Assembly: GCA_965205485.1 (NCBI GenBank)
Contig: OZ242180.1
Location: 896,001 to 960,000, forward strand
Direction of reading: 5' to 3'
Source: Candidatus Latescibacterota bacterium
GTDB taxonomy: Bacteria > Latescibacterota > UBA2968 > GCA-2709665
DNA length: 64,000 bases
Both the position numbers and the translations under genes were made by a program. The notes beneath the pieces are model-generated. The model made no database searches, was not told the DNA's origin, and worked only from the letters and a program-made list of their open reading frames with translations. Positions 30,486 to 40,679 of this stretch are shown here, in pieces; the first letter of the stretch is position 1, and each line of letters begins with the position of its first letter.

Positions 30486-31369
30486 CAGCAGGTCTCGTCC
30501 AGGAGGAGCGGGAACATCTGCTCCAGGTTCAGCGGGCGGCTGGACACGTCAACGGCGTATTTCGCCTTGAAAGCGTCCAGGTTTTTGGAAGCGCCGTTCA
30601 CGAGCAGACGCGCCTGGCTGCTGTCACCCTCCCGGGATACGACGAAGTCCTCTTCAAATTGCGCGGGGAGCCTGCCGTTCCGGGCGGTCACCCGCCATTC
30701 GGCGAAGCGTTCCTGGAGATCGTCCAGCGATGCGTCGGCCCTGATCCGGCCCCGGTCGAGACAGATTACGCGGTCGATGACCTTTTCGATGTCGTGCAGG
30801 ACGTGTGACGAAATCACGATCGTATTGGCGTCCTGCTGCAGGAGCTCGAGGAGAAATTTCAGGAACTGCTCGCGCGTGATGGGGTCCAGGCCGCTGACGG
30901 GCTCGTCGAGGATCAGCAGGTCGGGCCGGTGACATACGGCCAGAATGATGCCCAGTTTCTGGGCGTTCCCCGGAGAGAGGGTCCCGACCCGGGCAGTGGA
31001 CTCCAGTTCCAGTTCGTCCAGCAGGCGTTCCTCGAGGTCACGGTCCCAGTGTTTGTAGAAGGTGGAGACATAGCGCAGTTGCTGCTCCACTTTCATCCAT
31101 TCCAGGAACCGGTTCTCCTGGTGCACCACACCGATGCGGGAGAGTTCATCCGGACCCAGTTTGTCGCTGGGGCAACCAAGGGTGGTGCATGTCCCGCTGG
31201 TCGGCAGATACAGGCCGATGACGTGCCGGAGCATCGTGGTCTTTCCGCTTCCGTTTCTGCCGATGAGACCCACAACAGCCGGCTTCGGGACGGACACGCT
31301 CACGTTGTCCAGCGCGGTGACGTCGCCGAAGGACTTGGTGAGATTCTTGACTTCGAACGCGGATTCCAT
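30485..31369 (-). CDS. ABC transporter ATP-binding protein (YtrB-like)
   Basis: GRNGSGKT Walker A, LSPGN signature variant, LILDEP Walker B; start re-called at MESAFEV (31369). Confidence 0.9.
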   Translation of the reverse strand: MESAFEVKNLTKSFGDVTALDNVSVSVPKPAVVGLIGRNGSGKTTMLRHVIGLYLPTSGTCTTLGCPSDKLGPDELSRIGVVHQENRFLEWMKVEQQLRYVSTFYKHWDRDLEERLLDELELESTARVGTLSPGNAQKLGIILAVCHRPDLLILDEPVSGLDPITREQFLKFLLELLQQDANTIVISSHVLHDIEKVIDRVICLDRGRIRADASLDDLQERFAEWRVTARNGRLPAQFEEDFVVSREGDSSQARLLVNGASKNLDAFKAKYAVDVSSRPLNLEQMFPLLLDETC

Positions 31370-31370
31370 A

Positions 31371-31763
31371 TTATGGCTCCTCCTGATTGCCGGCGTCGTC
31401 CAGCATCCGGCCGAAGATTTCCAGGGCCCGCGACTTTTCAATGCCAAGCTGTCTTGCGATGGCGACAATTGGCGCGAGGCTCTGACGGAGCCGGTTGAGC
31501 TTGTGGACCTCGACCGTCTCCGGCTCCAGGTGACTGACGGTCAACGGCCGCCCGCGCCGACGCTCCACGATGCCCTCGGCCTCCAGGTACCCGTAAGCCT
31601 TGCTCACGGTCATCGGATTGACGCCGAGTTGCGCGGAAAGCGAGCGCGTGGCCGGCAGTTTTTCACCAGGCTTCAACAGGCCGCTGGCGATATGAAACTT
31701 GATCTGGTCCATCAACTGCCGGTAGACCGGCACGCCGCTGTGGTGATCGATCGCGATCAGCAC
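31371..31763 (-). CDS. GntR family transcriptional regulator, YtrA subfamily
   Basis: PVYRQLMDQI..GLLKPGEKLPATRSLSAQLGVNPMTVSKAY; short C-terminus; GAGGAG upstream of GTG 31763. Confidence 0.9.
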   Translation of the reverse strand: MLIAIDHHSGVPVYRQLMDQIKFHIASGLLKPGEKLPATRSLSAQLGVNPMTVSKAYGYLEAEGIVERRRGRPLTVSHLEPETVEVHKLNRLRQSLAPIVAIARQLGIEKSRALEIFGRMLDDAGNQEEP

Positions 31764-31777
31764 TGAGGATTCTCCTC

Positions 31778-31810
31778 TGTGTATTAGTGTATTACTATAA
31801 ATATACAGTA
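31778..31810. promoter_or_regulatory. Putative YtrA operator
   Basis: AT-rich tgtgtattagtgtattactataaatatacagt containing an AGTGTA-N12-TACAGT imperfect palindrome, resembling the B. subtilis YtrA box, just upstream of the ytrA-like gene. Confidence 0.6.
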
Positions 31811-31868
31811 TGGCAGTGTGAATGTCAAACATATTTCTTTAAGAAACCCCAAAACCGAGGAGCGTACA

Positions 31869-32981
31869 ATGAAGATGACGTCGATGGACCTGTGGACCGT
31901 GGGGGTGCCGAGTCTTCCGGGGCGCGTGAACAGCCCGGAATGGGTCCCGGATGTCGGATGGGACGTGGTGCCCAAGCATATCCTACGGATCAACACGGAT
32001 ACCGAGCATTACGGGCTTGGAGAGTCCGGCCGCGGCGTGCCCATAGAGGACGTGCGCGCGGGGGCGGCCGTGGTATTGGGACGGGATCCCGAGGCGGTGA
32101 CGCTGCAGAATATCTACGAGCCTCGAACCGACGGTACGGAGACGATGCTGACCGTTGGAACGGGTCCCGCGTATCACGCGCTCGAGATGGCGGTCTTCGA
32201 CCTGGTGGGCCGTGCGCGCGGGATTCCCGTACATGCGCTGATGGGCGGCGCGGTGCGCGACCGGGTGCGCGCGGACTACTGGATGGGGTCCCAGACGCCC
32301 GAAGACGGAAAGCGGACCGTCGCGCGGGCGCTCGAGCACGGCTTCAAGGGCATCAAGATCAAGTGCAAGATCGAGGAGCCGATGGTGGAACGGCTGCGGG
32401 CGATCCGGGACGTGGCGGGTCCGGATTTCAAGGTCACGGTGGACCCGAACGAGCGGTTTCGCACGGCGGCGCAGACGATCGAACTCGCCCGCGAACTCGA
32501 GGTCCTGGGCAACGTGGAAGTATTTGAAGACCCGATTCCCAAATCGGATCTGGAGGGCTACGTTAAAATATACGAGGCCACCGATATCCCTATCGCAATG
32601 CACCTCGGGAGCGGCGATGGGGTGCTCCGTGCGGTGAAGGCCGGCGTGGTGGACTGCGTGAACCTGGGCGGGAGCATGGTGGGCTTTGCGAAGAGCGCCG
32701 CCGTCGCGGAGGCGGCCGGGCTGCGCTGCTGGCACGGTTCTGGCGTCGACCTGGGAATTATGGAGGCTTCGTTCGTGCACGCGATATCTGTTGTGCCGAA
32801 CTGCACGATGGCGTCGGACATCGTTGGAAGCTGGGTGAGGGAGCACAGCCTGATCCGCGAGTCGAGAGAATTCGCCGACGGATTCACGCCGGTCCCCATG
32901 GCGCCGGGGCTGGGATGCGAGCTGGATGTGTCGGCGGTGGAACGGTACAGCCGCGCCTTCGAGTCCGTTCAGGCGCCCTAG
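31869..32981 (+). CDS. Mandelate racemase/muconate lactonizing enzyme family (enolase superfamily)
   Basis: GLGE, EMAVFDLVGRARGIPVHALMGG, KIK, DPN, EDP, APGLG; start at ATG 31869 after GAGGAG. Confidence 0.88.
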   Translation: MKMTSMDLWTVGVPSLPGRVNSPEWVPDVGWDVVPKHILRINTDTEHYGLGESGRGVPIEDVRAGAAVVLGRDPEAVTLQNIYEPRTDGTETMLTVGTGPAYHALEMAVFDLVGRARGIPVHALMGGAVRDRVRADYWMGSQTPEDGKRTVARALEHGFKGIKIKCKIEEPMVERLRAIRDVAGPDFKVTVDPNERFRTAAQTIELARELEVLGNVEVFEDPIPKSDLEGYVKIYEATDIPIAMHLGSGDGVLRAVKAGVVDCVNLGGSMVGFAKSAAVAEAAGLRCWHGSGVDLGIMEASFVHAISVVPNCTMASDIVGSWVREHSLIRESREFADGFTPVPMAPGLGCELDVSAVERYSRAFESVQAP

Positions 32982-33047
32982 CGTCTCCTGTATGATCTCT
33001 ATTGGAGTCGTGAAACAGAAAATCCCGCCGGGTTTTCGGAGATACGG

Positions 33048-35159
33048 ATGATCGCATTGATCCTGAATTGCCTGCTGTCGTTGACGACACCGGCGCTGGC
33101 CGCGTCTGACATCCCCGCGAAGGTGGACTCCCTGATTCAGGTATCCGCTGACACCTCCCTTGGGCTGGACGGACGCAGGGACATCCTGAAGGAGGCGGCG
33201 AAGCTCGACCGGACCGGAAAGGCCCTGCACGCGCTGGCGCGATTGAGGCTGGAAAAAGGCACCACGTATTCGCGCCAGCAGGCGAGGTCCCTGCTGACGC
33301 GGGCGATGGAACGGGAACCCGAGAATGGGGACTATGTCGCGACCTTCGCGGAGCTGCTCTGGCGCACCGGGCCCAGGTCCGGCTCATACAAGAGAGCACG
33401 GGAGGCCATCTCGCTCGACCCGAAGAATGTCCGCGCGTACTACTGGGCGGGACGGTTCGTGGTCTGGTCGTGGGAAATGACGTTCTTCACCCGGGAGGAC
33501 GAAAGTGACGCCATGCGCGTGGCCGGGGACGGTGACGTGACGACAGGGCGCACGTTCGCGCAGCGCGGTTACGCGGACATGGACGTGGACGTGGGGATCG
33601 ACTATTTGAGCCGCGCCCTGTGGCTGGACGCGGACCACTGGCCGTCCCGCGTGCATCTCGGGCTGGCATACTATATGGCGCGGAAGCCTGACGATCTGAT
33701 TTCCCTCTTTCAGGTCGATATCGAACGCCATCCGGGCCGTGCGGACGCCTACTTTTTCATGGGACTCGGCTATCAGGCAAAGGGACACCCCGAAGCCGCG
33801 TACCGCGCCTACGTGGACGGCCTGGCGCGTCTTTCCGACCGGCAACGCCGCTTCATGCAATCGGTCTTCCTGATGCGTGACAAGAAATCGTGGAAGAACG
33901 AGGAACCCCCTCCGGACGTGGAGGCGATCCGGAAATTCTGGTTCGGGAAGGACCCGTTGTATCTGAGCAAAATCAACGAGCGGATGCTGGAGCAGTGCAG
34001 GCGCGTGGCGTTTGCGAATCTGCGTTTTGGCGACCCCATCAACGGGTACGCCGGATGGGAGACCGACCGGGGACAGGCCTATATCCGATACGGCGACCCT
34101 GTGGCGCGGCACATGACGCCCGCGGACATCGATATGGGCCTGACGAAAACCCTTGAGGAAGAACAGCGGATGAGGAGGGGTCCGTCCGGCGGAATTTTCG
34201 AATTCCACCCTCGCAAGGATACATGGACGTACGACGGGTTCGAAGTTTCATTCCTGAATACGAATTCCTGGGACTCCTGGCGGTTCGGCGAGTCGAAGCT
34301 GGGGGGGCAGACACTGAGCTTCAGCGAACTGGTGAAGTCGGTACCGGATTACTACCGCTATCCCTATCAGTACAGCGTGCCGTATCAGGTCGCGCAGTTC
34401 CGGCGTGAAGAGGGAAAGACGAGCGTGGAAGTGTACTATGCGCTGTCCGGTGATCAGGTCACGCACGAAGAGGTCGGTCCAGGGGTCCGGGAGGTGGACG
34501 TAGTACAGGCGCTGTTCCTGTTCGACACGGCCTGGGATACGCTCCGGCGGGAGGTCGGCCGCGTGCGGCGGATGCCCTGGCTGCACTACGTCTCGACCAA
34601 ACGGGGATACCTGATTGCGAGCGAGCAGTTGACGCTTGCGCCCGGGAATTATTACCTGGCGGGGGAGGCGGAGGACCAGCCGAGCAAGAAGGTTGGGACG
34701 TTCAGGGAACCGTTGGAGGTGAGGCGGTTCAACCCCGATTCGCTGGAGATCAGCAGCCTGCTGATGGCGCGCCGGATCGTGGAACGCGATGAATGGCCGG
34801 TGGAACGCGGCAGGTACATCGTGCTGCCCAACCCATTGCATGAGTGCTCGCGCGATGGAAGCGCGTGGTTTTATTTCGAGGTGTACAACCTGGCGCGAGA
34901 CACTTTCGGCGCCACGCATTACAGGATCGGCTATCAGACGCAGGTGCTTCCGGAGAGGCGGCGGCTGGAGGACCCGGAGCCTGAATGGACGACGGCGGTG
35001 TCCTACACGTACCGGGGCGTCCGGGACTGGGAACCCCGGTATCTGCGGGTGGACATGGACGGTACGTCGCCGGGTCTGCGCACGTTCCGGGTGGTCGTCG
35101 AGGACTTGCTGGCCGGCGCCGAGACCGAATCCACAACACGTTTTCGCGTAAGGTGGTAA
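33048..35159 (+). CDS. Exported TPR + GWxTD-domain protein (#4)
   Basis: Signal peptide; TPRs; FWFGKDP..NERMLEQCRRVAFAN..GWETDRGQAYIRYGDP; FYFEVYNL. Confidence 0.88.
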   Translation: MIALILNCLLSLTTPALAASDIPAKVDSLIQVSADTSLGLDGRRDILKEAAKLDRTGKALHALARLRLEKGTTYSRQQARSLLTRAMEREPENGDYVATFAELLWRTGPRSGSYKRAREAISLDPKNVRAYYWAGRFVVWSWEMTFFTREDESDAMRVAGDGDVTTGRTFAQRGYADMDVDVGIDYLSRALWLDADHWPSRVHLGLAYYMARKPDDLISLFQVDIERHPGRADAYFFMGLGYQAKGHPEAAYRAYVDGLARLSDRQRRFMQSVFLMRDKKSWKNEEPPPDVEAIRKFWFGKDPLYLSKINERMLEQCRRVAFANLRFGDPINGYAGWETDRGQAYIRYGDPVARHMTPADIDMGLTKTLEEEQRMRRGPSGGIFEFHPRKDTWTYDGFEVSFLNTNSWDSWRFGESKLGGQTLSFSELVKSVPDYYRYPYQYSVPYQVAQFRREEGKTSVEVYYALSGDQVTHEEVGPGVREVDVVQALFLFDTAWDTLRREVGRVRRMPWLHYVSTKRGYLIASEQLTLAPGNYYLAGEAEDQPSKKVGTFREPLEVRRFNPDSLEISSLLMARRIVERDEWPVERGRYIVLPNPLHECSRDGSAWFYFEVYNLARDTFGATHYRIGYQTQVLPERRRLEDPEPEWTTAVSYTYRGVRDWEPRYLRVDMDGTSPGLRTFRVVVEDLLAGAETESTTRFRVRW

Positions 35160-35207
35160 CCGGCGAAGAACCCGCCCTTCTGTCGAAGACACAACGTCAA
35201 TGCCAGG

Positions 35208-35236
35208 GGAACCATTCTCTCCTCCGGCGGGTCTAC
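35208..35236 (+). promoter_or_regulatory. Putative ECF promoter (GGAACC-N17-GTCT) upstream of GWxTD #5
   Basis: ggaacc attctctcctccggcgg gtctac; same motif and spacing as 15009-15035. Confidence 0.5.
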
Positions 35237-35343
35237 AATATGACACGGAATCCGCTGAGGACTTCCCGGAACCGGCTGCCGCTCGCGCTGTCGTCCGGCG
35301 CTTTGACGGTTGACTCTCGTCGCCCGATCAATTGGAAATCCTG

Positions 35344-37377
35344 ATGTTGAGACTCGCCCTGCTGATCACGATCATTCTCTGCGTCTCCAGCCCGACGGCG
35401 GCCGCAAAGCGGGACGCGTACAAGGTGGCGGCCCTGTTGGCCTCCGCGGCGGATACCTCACTGTCGCACATGAAGCGAGTGTCGCTGATGGAGCGGGCGG
35501 CCCGGTATGATCCATCGGGAAGGGCGATGCACGCGCTGGCCAGGCACTATCTGAGCCGTGGCACGGTGTTGTCCAGACGGTTTGCGAGGCAGTGGGTGCA
35601 CAGGGCGATGAAGCGCGAACCGGAGAACGCCGCATACGTCAAGACGTACGCGGAGATCTACTGGCAGGCGGGTTCGCGCGATGAATTCTACGAGCAGATC
35701 CGCCGGGCGATCGCGCTGTCGCCGAATGACGCGGACGCCCTCTATCAGGCCGGAAGATACGCCGCCCGTGAAATGATGTACAATCTCGAACGGGAAACCC
35801 TGAAATCGGGCCCGGAACGGAAGCGAAGGTTTAATTACGGGAATTACGGCGAAGCAATGCGGGAGCAGGCAATCGGCTATCTGAGCCGCGTTCTGGAAGT
35901 GGACCCGAAACATCGTCCCGCACGGATTCTGCTGGGCCAGGTCTACCTCGAGGGCCATATGGCCGTTCGGCTCGTGGAACTGTTCGAGGATTACGCGGAG
36001 CGCAACCCGGAAGACTGGGATGCGTTTTTTTTCACCGGGCTGGGTTACCAGACACGAGAAGAACTGGACAAGGCATTCGCCGCCTATTCGGAAGGCCTGA
36101 AACAGATGTCAGGATTGAAACAGCAATTCATCAGGTCGGTGGTGGTTTTGACGGACCGGGAGGCGTTGAGGGACGGGGGCGAACTTCCTGACGAAGAGAC
36201 CCTGCGCCGGTTCTGGACAGGCCGGGACCCCTTGTTCCTGACACCGGGAAACGAGCGGATGCTTGAACACTGCAGGCGGGTGGCGTATGCCAATCTGAGG
36301 TTTGCCGATCCGGACCGCGGCGTCGAAGGCTGGGAGACGGACCGCGGCCAGGTATACATAAGGTATGGACAACCGGGCGCGCGAAACATCTATCTGGACC
36401 GGATGAATTACGTGCTGCTCCGCGAGACGTGGCGCTATCCGGGGTTCAGCATAACGTTCGAACGCCTGGGTGAAAACAACTGGGACGTGCTGCAGGTTTC
36501 GATTCGGGGATCGGTACGAAGCAAATACAAGGACCTCGTGGAGCGGGTTCCCGAGTACTACAGCGACCCGTACTGGCTGAAACGGTACGACGCGCCCTTC
36601 GAGATCGCGAGGTTTCGCGGCGAGGACGGCAAGACCCGGGTGGAGCTGTACTATGCGCTTTACGGCGAACACGTCGCGCACCGGGAGGTCAGTTCGGGAT
36701 TGCAGGCGGTGGATCTCAGGCAGGGCCTGTTCCTGTTTGACGAAGGATGGCAGGAAGTCAGGAAGACCATTTCACCCATTCATCGAATGCCGTGGATCGA
36801 AGGCAATGCCGTGCGGGATGGATACCTTTTCTGGGGCGAGCGCCTTTCCATGGATCCGGGGACGTACCACCTGGCGGTCGAAACGGAGGACCTGAACAAA
36901 CACAGCCTGGGGACCCTTCGCGATTCGTTGCAGATCAGGCGGTACGGCCGGGACAGGCTGGCAATCAGCGACCTGCTCCTGGCTCAGCGGGTGGTCGAAC
37001 AGGACGATCGACCGTTCGGCCGGGACAGGTTTATGGTGTTGCCCAACCCGTTGAAGCAATGCCAGCGGGACGCCAGCATGTCGTTCTACTTCGAGGTCTA
37101 CAATCTGAAGCGGGACGAGTTCGGCGCCACCCGTTACCGGATCACTTACCAGACCCGCCTGCTTCCGGAAAAGTGGAAGGAAGAGGACGTGGTCATTCCC
37201 GAGTGGACAACGGCCGTGACCAACTCGTACAGAGAGACGAGGGATTGGCAGCCGCATTATCTCACCCTGGATATGGAGGGGTCCACGCCGGGACCATGGG
37301 CATTCAGGGTGATCGTGGAGGACCGGCAGGCGGAAAGCAGGGCGACGAGTTCGGCGGTGTTCCGCGTGATGCCGTGA
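35344..37377 (+). CDS. Exported TPR + GWxTD-domain protein (#5)
   Basis: Signal peptide from ATG 35344; FWTGRDP..NERMLEHCRRVAYAN..GWETDRGQVYIRYGQP; close paralog of #4. Confidence 0.88.
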   Translation: MLRLALLITIILCVSSPTAAAKRDAYKVAALLASAADTSLSHMKRVSLMERAARYDPSGRAMHALARHYLSRGTVLSRRFARQWVHRAMKREPENAAYVKTYAEIYWQAGSRDEFYEQIRRAIALSPNDADALYQAGRYAAREMMYNLERETLKSGPERKRRFNYGNYGEAMREQAIGYLSRVLEVDPKHRPARILLGQVYLEGHMAVRLVELFEDYAERNPEDWDAFFFTGLGYQTREELDKAFAAYSEGLKQMSGLKQQFIRSVVVLTDREALRDGGELPDEETLRRFWTGRDPLFLTPGNERMLEHCRRVAYANLRFADPDRGVEGWETDRGQVYIRYGQPGARNIYLDRMNYVLLRETWRYPGFSITFERLGENNWDVLQVSIRGSVRSKYKDLVERVPEYYSDPYWLKRYDAPFEIARFRGEDGKTRVELYYALYGEHVAHREVSSGLQAVDLRQGLFLFDEGWQEVRKTISPIHRMPWIEGNAVRDGYLFWGERLSMDPGTYHLAVETEDLNKHSLGTLRDSLQIRRYGRDRLAISDLLLAQRVVEQDDRPFGRDRFMVLPNPLKQCQRDASMSFYFEVYNLKRDEFGATRYRITYQTRLLPEKWKEEDVVIPEWTTAVTNSYRETRDWQPHYLTLDMEGSTPGPWAFRVIVEDRQAESRATSSAVFRVMP

Positions 37378-37408
37378 GCCTCGATCGAGACTCGGGCAAA
37401 TAGGTAGG

Positions 37409-37436
37409 GCCGACGGAAATATCGTCGGTTTTTTTT
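37409..37436 (+). terminator. Rho-independent terminator
   Basis: gccgacg-gaaatat-cgtcgg followed by T8. Confidence 0.8.
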
Positions 37437-37467
37437 GTGGCGGCAGGATTTCGGGTATGCAACACGC

Positions 37468-39447
37468 TCAGTAATTATGCACGCCGTGCCCCTGGCCCGG
37501 AAACCAGATCGCGTCAACGAGGAAGGAGAGTGTGATGGCCAGCACATAGCCGGTCAGGAGTCCCAGAAAGGCCGGCTGCCATTTTCTGTAGAGATTGACG
37601 CCGCCAACCTTGAGCAGGATGGCCTTGATCGCCCAGACGACGAAGATCGAAAAGAACGTGAGTTGGGTGTTCCATGAGAAGGCAATGGGAAATGCGATGG
37701 GGTGAAACGGCCACCATGGCAGCCGGTAGTGCAGAAAGGTCAGCAGTGACATCGCGGCGGCGCCCACGCAGAACACGGCCAGACGCTCCCAACTGGTATC
37801 GAAGGGGCTTCTCATCTGGGTAACGGTGAGGTCGTACGCGAAGCGTCCGGCGCTGGAGAAGGGCCAGGCGTTGAAATTGAAAGCGCCGGTCCGATAGCCC
37901 AGGAAGATGGTGAGGGCGAAGTCGGCCGCGAGGCCCACGACCACGACCAGTGCCAGGGCAGGCACAAGCCGCCGCCGGTTCCGGCGGATGAGGTCCGCGA
38001 GTCGGACCACGTGCATGAAGGGCGCCATAAAGGTGCCCTTGCCCTGGCAGACGAGGCTGTACGTGAGGCTGATGCCGGACATGCTCGAGGGCGAAAGCGC
38101 ACTGGTGCCGATCGTGTACAGGGCGGCGTACTGTTCGGTCAATGTAGTACGCATATAGGCCAGACCCGTCTCGCAGACGATTCGGGCGATGGATAGGTAG
38201 TTGACGATCAGGGCGGGCACGAGAAGCGCGACGAGTTTCCCCTGCATGCCCAGTTGGGAAAAGAAGGCGCAGACAAAGCTGAGGCTGCCGATGAGTCCGA
38301 ACACGGCAAACCGGTACGAGAGCAGTTCACCGGCGTCGTCGGCGTCCCCTTTCCCGAATGCCCTGGCGAAGACGGCCCTGATGTGGGTGCGGGCGGTCCA
38401 GAGATTCCACAGCACCAGCACGGTCAGCGCGCCGAATCCCTGCCAGGCCGTGACCTCGGTTTCGGCGGAAAAGTTGAGCGGCTTGCGCGGGATCACGTAT
38501 CCGATGCGGTTGATGATGCCGTTTTCGAACCAGAAAAACAGCACGAAGAAGACCCAGATAGAGAACAGGATATTCAGGTTGGCGAAGTACGCGAATCCCG
38601 CTGTCAGAAAGTTGATGCGGGTGTTGACCCGAGGAAAGCCTTTTGCAAAGACGACCCACTTGCCCTGCAAGGGGATCTTGGGCACGACCGGCCAGAAATA
38701 GTTGAGGATATTCCAGGAAATGGCGCCGAATCCCACGCCGAAACCGCCCCAGAAAAGCCCCCCACGAAGGGCATCCGGAAGAAAACCGCCACGGCTCCCG
38801 CGCGTGAGGGTAGCCCCCACGGATGCAAGCGGAAAGACCAGGCGCTCGTTCCGCACCCACTGCTTGCGGAGGATTACCGAGATACAGAACAGGAGCGTGC
38901 ATAGGGCCAACAGGAAGAAGATCCAACTGATCAAAGGAGCAATCCAGGCGTGATAAGGCGCCTGCTGCCCCTCGGGCAGCCCCTCGTAGAACCATTTCAT
39001 CGCGTGATTCTCGTTCGAGGGCACAGCCCACTCGGGAATATTTGGATGGAGATAGTTGGCCCACTGATTCTCAGGCGTGGCGAAATAGTAGACGCCGGAG
39101 AGAATGCCCAGAAGAAAGCCCGTGATGCCCGACGTCGGTACCACGGCGCCGACGAACCCCATCGCCAGGATGGTGAGCAGTTCGGACGACTGCAGGGCGC
39201 TGTGCGGACGGAGGCGGCGGACGAAGCCGTTGACGATGACCAGCACGAGGAAGGCGGCGAAGAGGGCGAGGGGGAAAAAGGAGAGCTGCATCCGCGAGGC
39301 GTGGATGACGTATTCGGTGGTTGAAATCCAGAAATTCACGACGAGCACGAGCAGCAGGCCGATGCCGACGGCGCGAAGCGTCACCGCGTCGGTCTTCAGT
39401 GCCGTTTGGGATTCGGACTCCGCTCGAGTTGCGGAACTCTGCGCCAT
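37468..39447 (-). CDS. DUF6785/DUF6784-type multi-pass membrane protein (putative OPT-like transporter)
   Basis: YFATPENQW, LRKQWVRNERLVFPL, WWPFHPI, C-terminal WFPGQGH; many TM helices; paralogs at 54937 and 57027. Confidence 0.72.
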   Translation of the reverse strand: MAQSSATRAESESQTALKTDAVTLRAVGIGLLLVLVVNFWISTTEYVIHASRMQLSFFPLALFAAFLVLVIVNGFVRRLRPHSALQSSELLTILAMGFVGAVVPTSGITGFLLGILSGVYYFATPENQWANYLHPNIPEWAVPSNENHAMKWFYEGLPEGQQAPYHAWIAPLISWIFFLLALCTLLFCISVILRKQWVRNERLVFPLASVGATLTRGSRGGFLPDALRGGLFWGGFGVGFGAISWNILNYFWPVVPKIPLQGKWVVFAKGFPRVNTRINFLTAGFAYFANLNILFSIWVFFVLFFWFENGIINRIGYVIPRKPLNFSAETEVTAWQGFGALTVLVLWNLWTARTHIRAVFARAFGKGDADDAGELLSYRFAVFGLIGSLSFVCAFFSQLGMQGKLVALLVPALIVNYLSIARIVCETGLAYMRTTLTEQYAALYTIGTSALSPSSMSGISLTYSLVCQGKGTFMAPFMHVVRLADLIRRNRRRLVPALALVVVVGLAADFALTIFLGYRTGAFNFNAWPFSSAGRFAYDLTVTQMRSPFDTSWERLAVFCVGAAAMSLLTFLHYRLPWWPFHPIAFPIAFSWNTQLTFFSIFVVWAIKAILLKVGGVNLYRKWQPAFLGLLTGYVLAITLSFLVDAIWFPGQGHGVHNY

Positions 39448-39479
39448 CTTTCCCTTTCAGTGGATCCCACCGCAAGAGG

Positions 39480-39506
39480 ACGGGCGCCCACAAGGGACGC
39501 CCCTAC
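39480..39506 (-). repeat. GTAG-type REP palindrome
   Basis: Reverse complement reads gtaggggcgtcccttgtgggcgcccgt: GTAG followed by an imperfect hairpin. Confidence 0.65.
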
Positions 39507-39619
39507 GATGCGAGGTAGTGGGAATTTTCACCAATACATAGAATCGAGAGCATATATTCTGCTCCCGCCTTTACCCTGTTTATCCTGTCCAACCCTGTTT
39601 GTCTCGTCTTCTAAATTGC

Positions 39620-40588
39620 CTAAGTATCCTCCGGTTCCTTCAGCTTCCAGCCCGGATTCGTGCCGCCCTGCATGTCTGGCGGAAGGGGTTCCGCCAGATT
39701 GCCGTAGAGGCCGGGGCGGCGCGCGCGCAGATAGCGGTACCCGGAGGAGACCGGTATCTTATCGGGCGTGAGCAACCCCACCACGACGTCGTCCTCCAGC
39801 GCCTCCGACTCGACCAGGACTTCGCCGAACGGGTCCAGGATCATCGCATTGCCATTCTTGACGGTATCGTGATCCACGCCTATGGGATTCGTATAAACGG
39901 CGTAGACGCCGTTCTCATAGGCGCGCGCCGGCAGCCAGCGCATGAGCCAGCCACGACCCTTCGGTCCGTTAAATTCCTGCCGGAGCGATACCGGGTCGCG
40001 ATGACGGTTCTCCCAGAGGGCGCGGTCGATGACGCCCCGGCCGGGCATGGCGGAGGGCAACCCGCAGGTAACGTGAGGCATGAAGATGATTTCCGCGCCC
40101 ATCATCGCCGTCAGGCGCACGTTTTCAGGCAGGTTGTTGTCGTAGCAGATCAGGATGCCCAACCGGCAGCCGCGGAGGTCGAAGACGGTGAACGCGTCGC
40201 CGGAGTCGATGAACTTGCTGATGAAGGCGTGCAGCTTGCGATGCTTCGCGACGTAGCCCTCCGGACCCACGGCGACATAGGTGTTGTAGAGTGCATCGCG
40301 TTCCGCTTCCACAAGGCCGGCCAGTACGGCGACGTTGTATTCCCTTGCGATGTCGATAAGGCGATTCGTGGATGGACCGCCCGGAACGGGCTCGGCCAGT
40401 TCGGCGATCAGGGAACGTGGGAGGGTCTGCAGAAAAGTGTAGCCCGGAATGCAGCATTCGTGGAAGGAGACGATTTCGGCGCCCGCGTCGACGGCCCGCC
40501 TCGTAAGGGCGTCGATGCGGGAGAGGTTGTAGGGTTTGTCGGCATCCCGCGCTTCGAACTGTGCGGCGCCGACTCTGATGTCGCGCAT
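39620..40588 (-). CDS. Nitrilase / carbon-nitrogen hydrolase family protein
   Basis: Catalytic triad E (FHECC), K (HRKLH), C (ICYD). Confidence 0.9.
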   Translation of the reverse strand: MRDIRVGAAQFEARDADKPYNLSRIDALTRRAVDAGAEIVSFHECCIPGYTFLQTLPRSLIAELAEPVPGGPSTNRLIDIAREYNVAVLAGLVEAERDALYNTYVAVGPEGYVAKHRKLHAFISKFIDSGDAFTVFDLRGCRLGILICYDNNLPENVRLTAMMGAEIIFMPHVTCGLPSAMPGRGVIDRALWENRHRDPVSLRQEFNGPKGRGWLMRWLPARAYENGVYAVYTNPIGVDHDTVKNGNAMILDPFGEVLVESEALEDDVVVGLLTPDKIPVSSGYRYLRARRPGLYGNLAEPLPPDMQGGTNPGWKLKEPEDT

Positions 40589-40679
40589 GAAATTCCGATC
40601 TTGCCGTCCGCGATCGGGCTGAAGGCAATCTAAAGGACTGGACTTCTCGGGCGTCTCCGCGGGAATTGGGGAAAGGACG

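Noticed and set aside
32939..33030. ECF promoter upstream of GWxTD #4
   Set aside because: The best match (GAACG-N18-GTCC) has the wrong spacing and lies inside the upstream gene.
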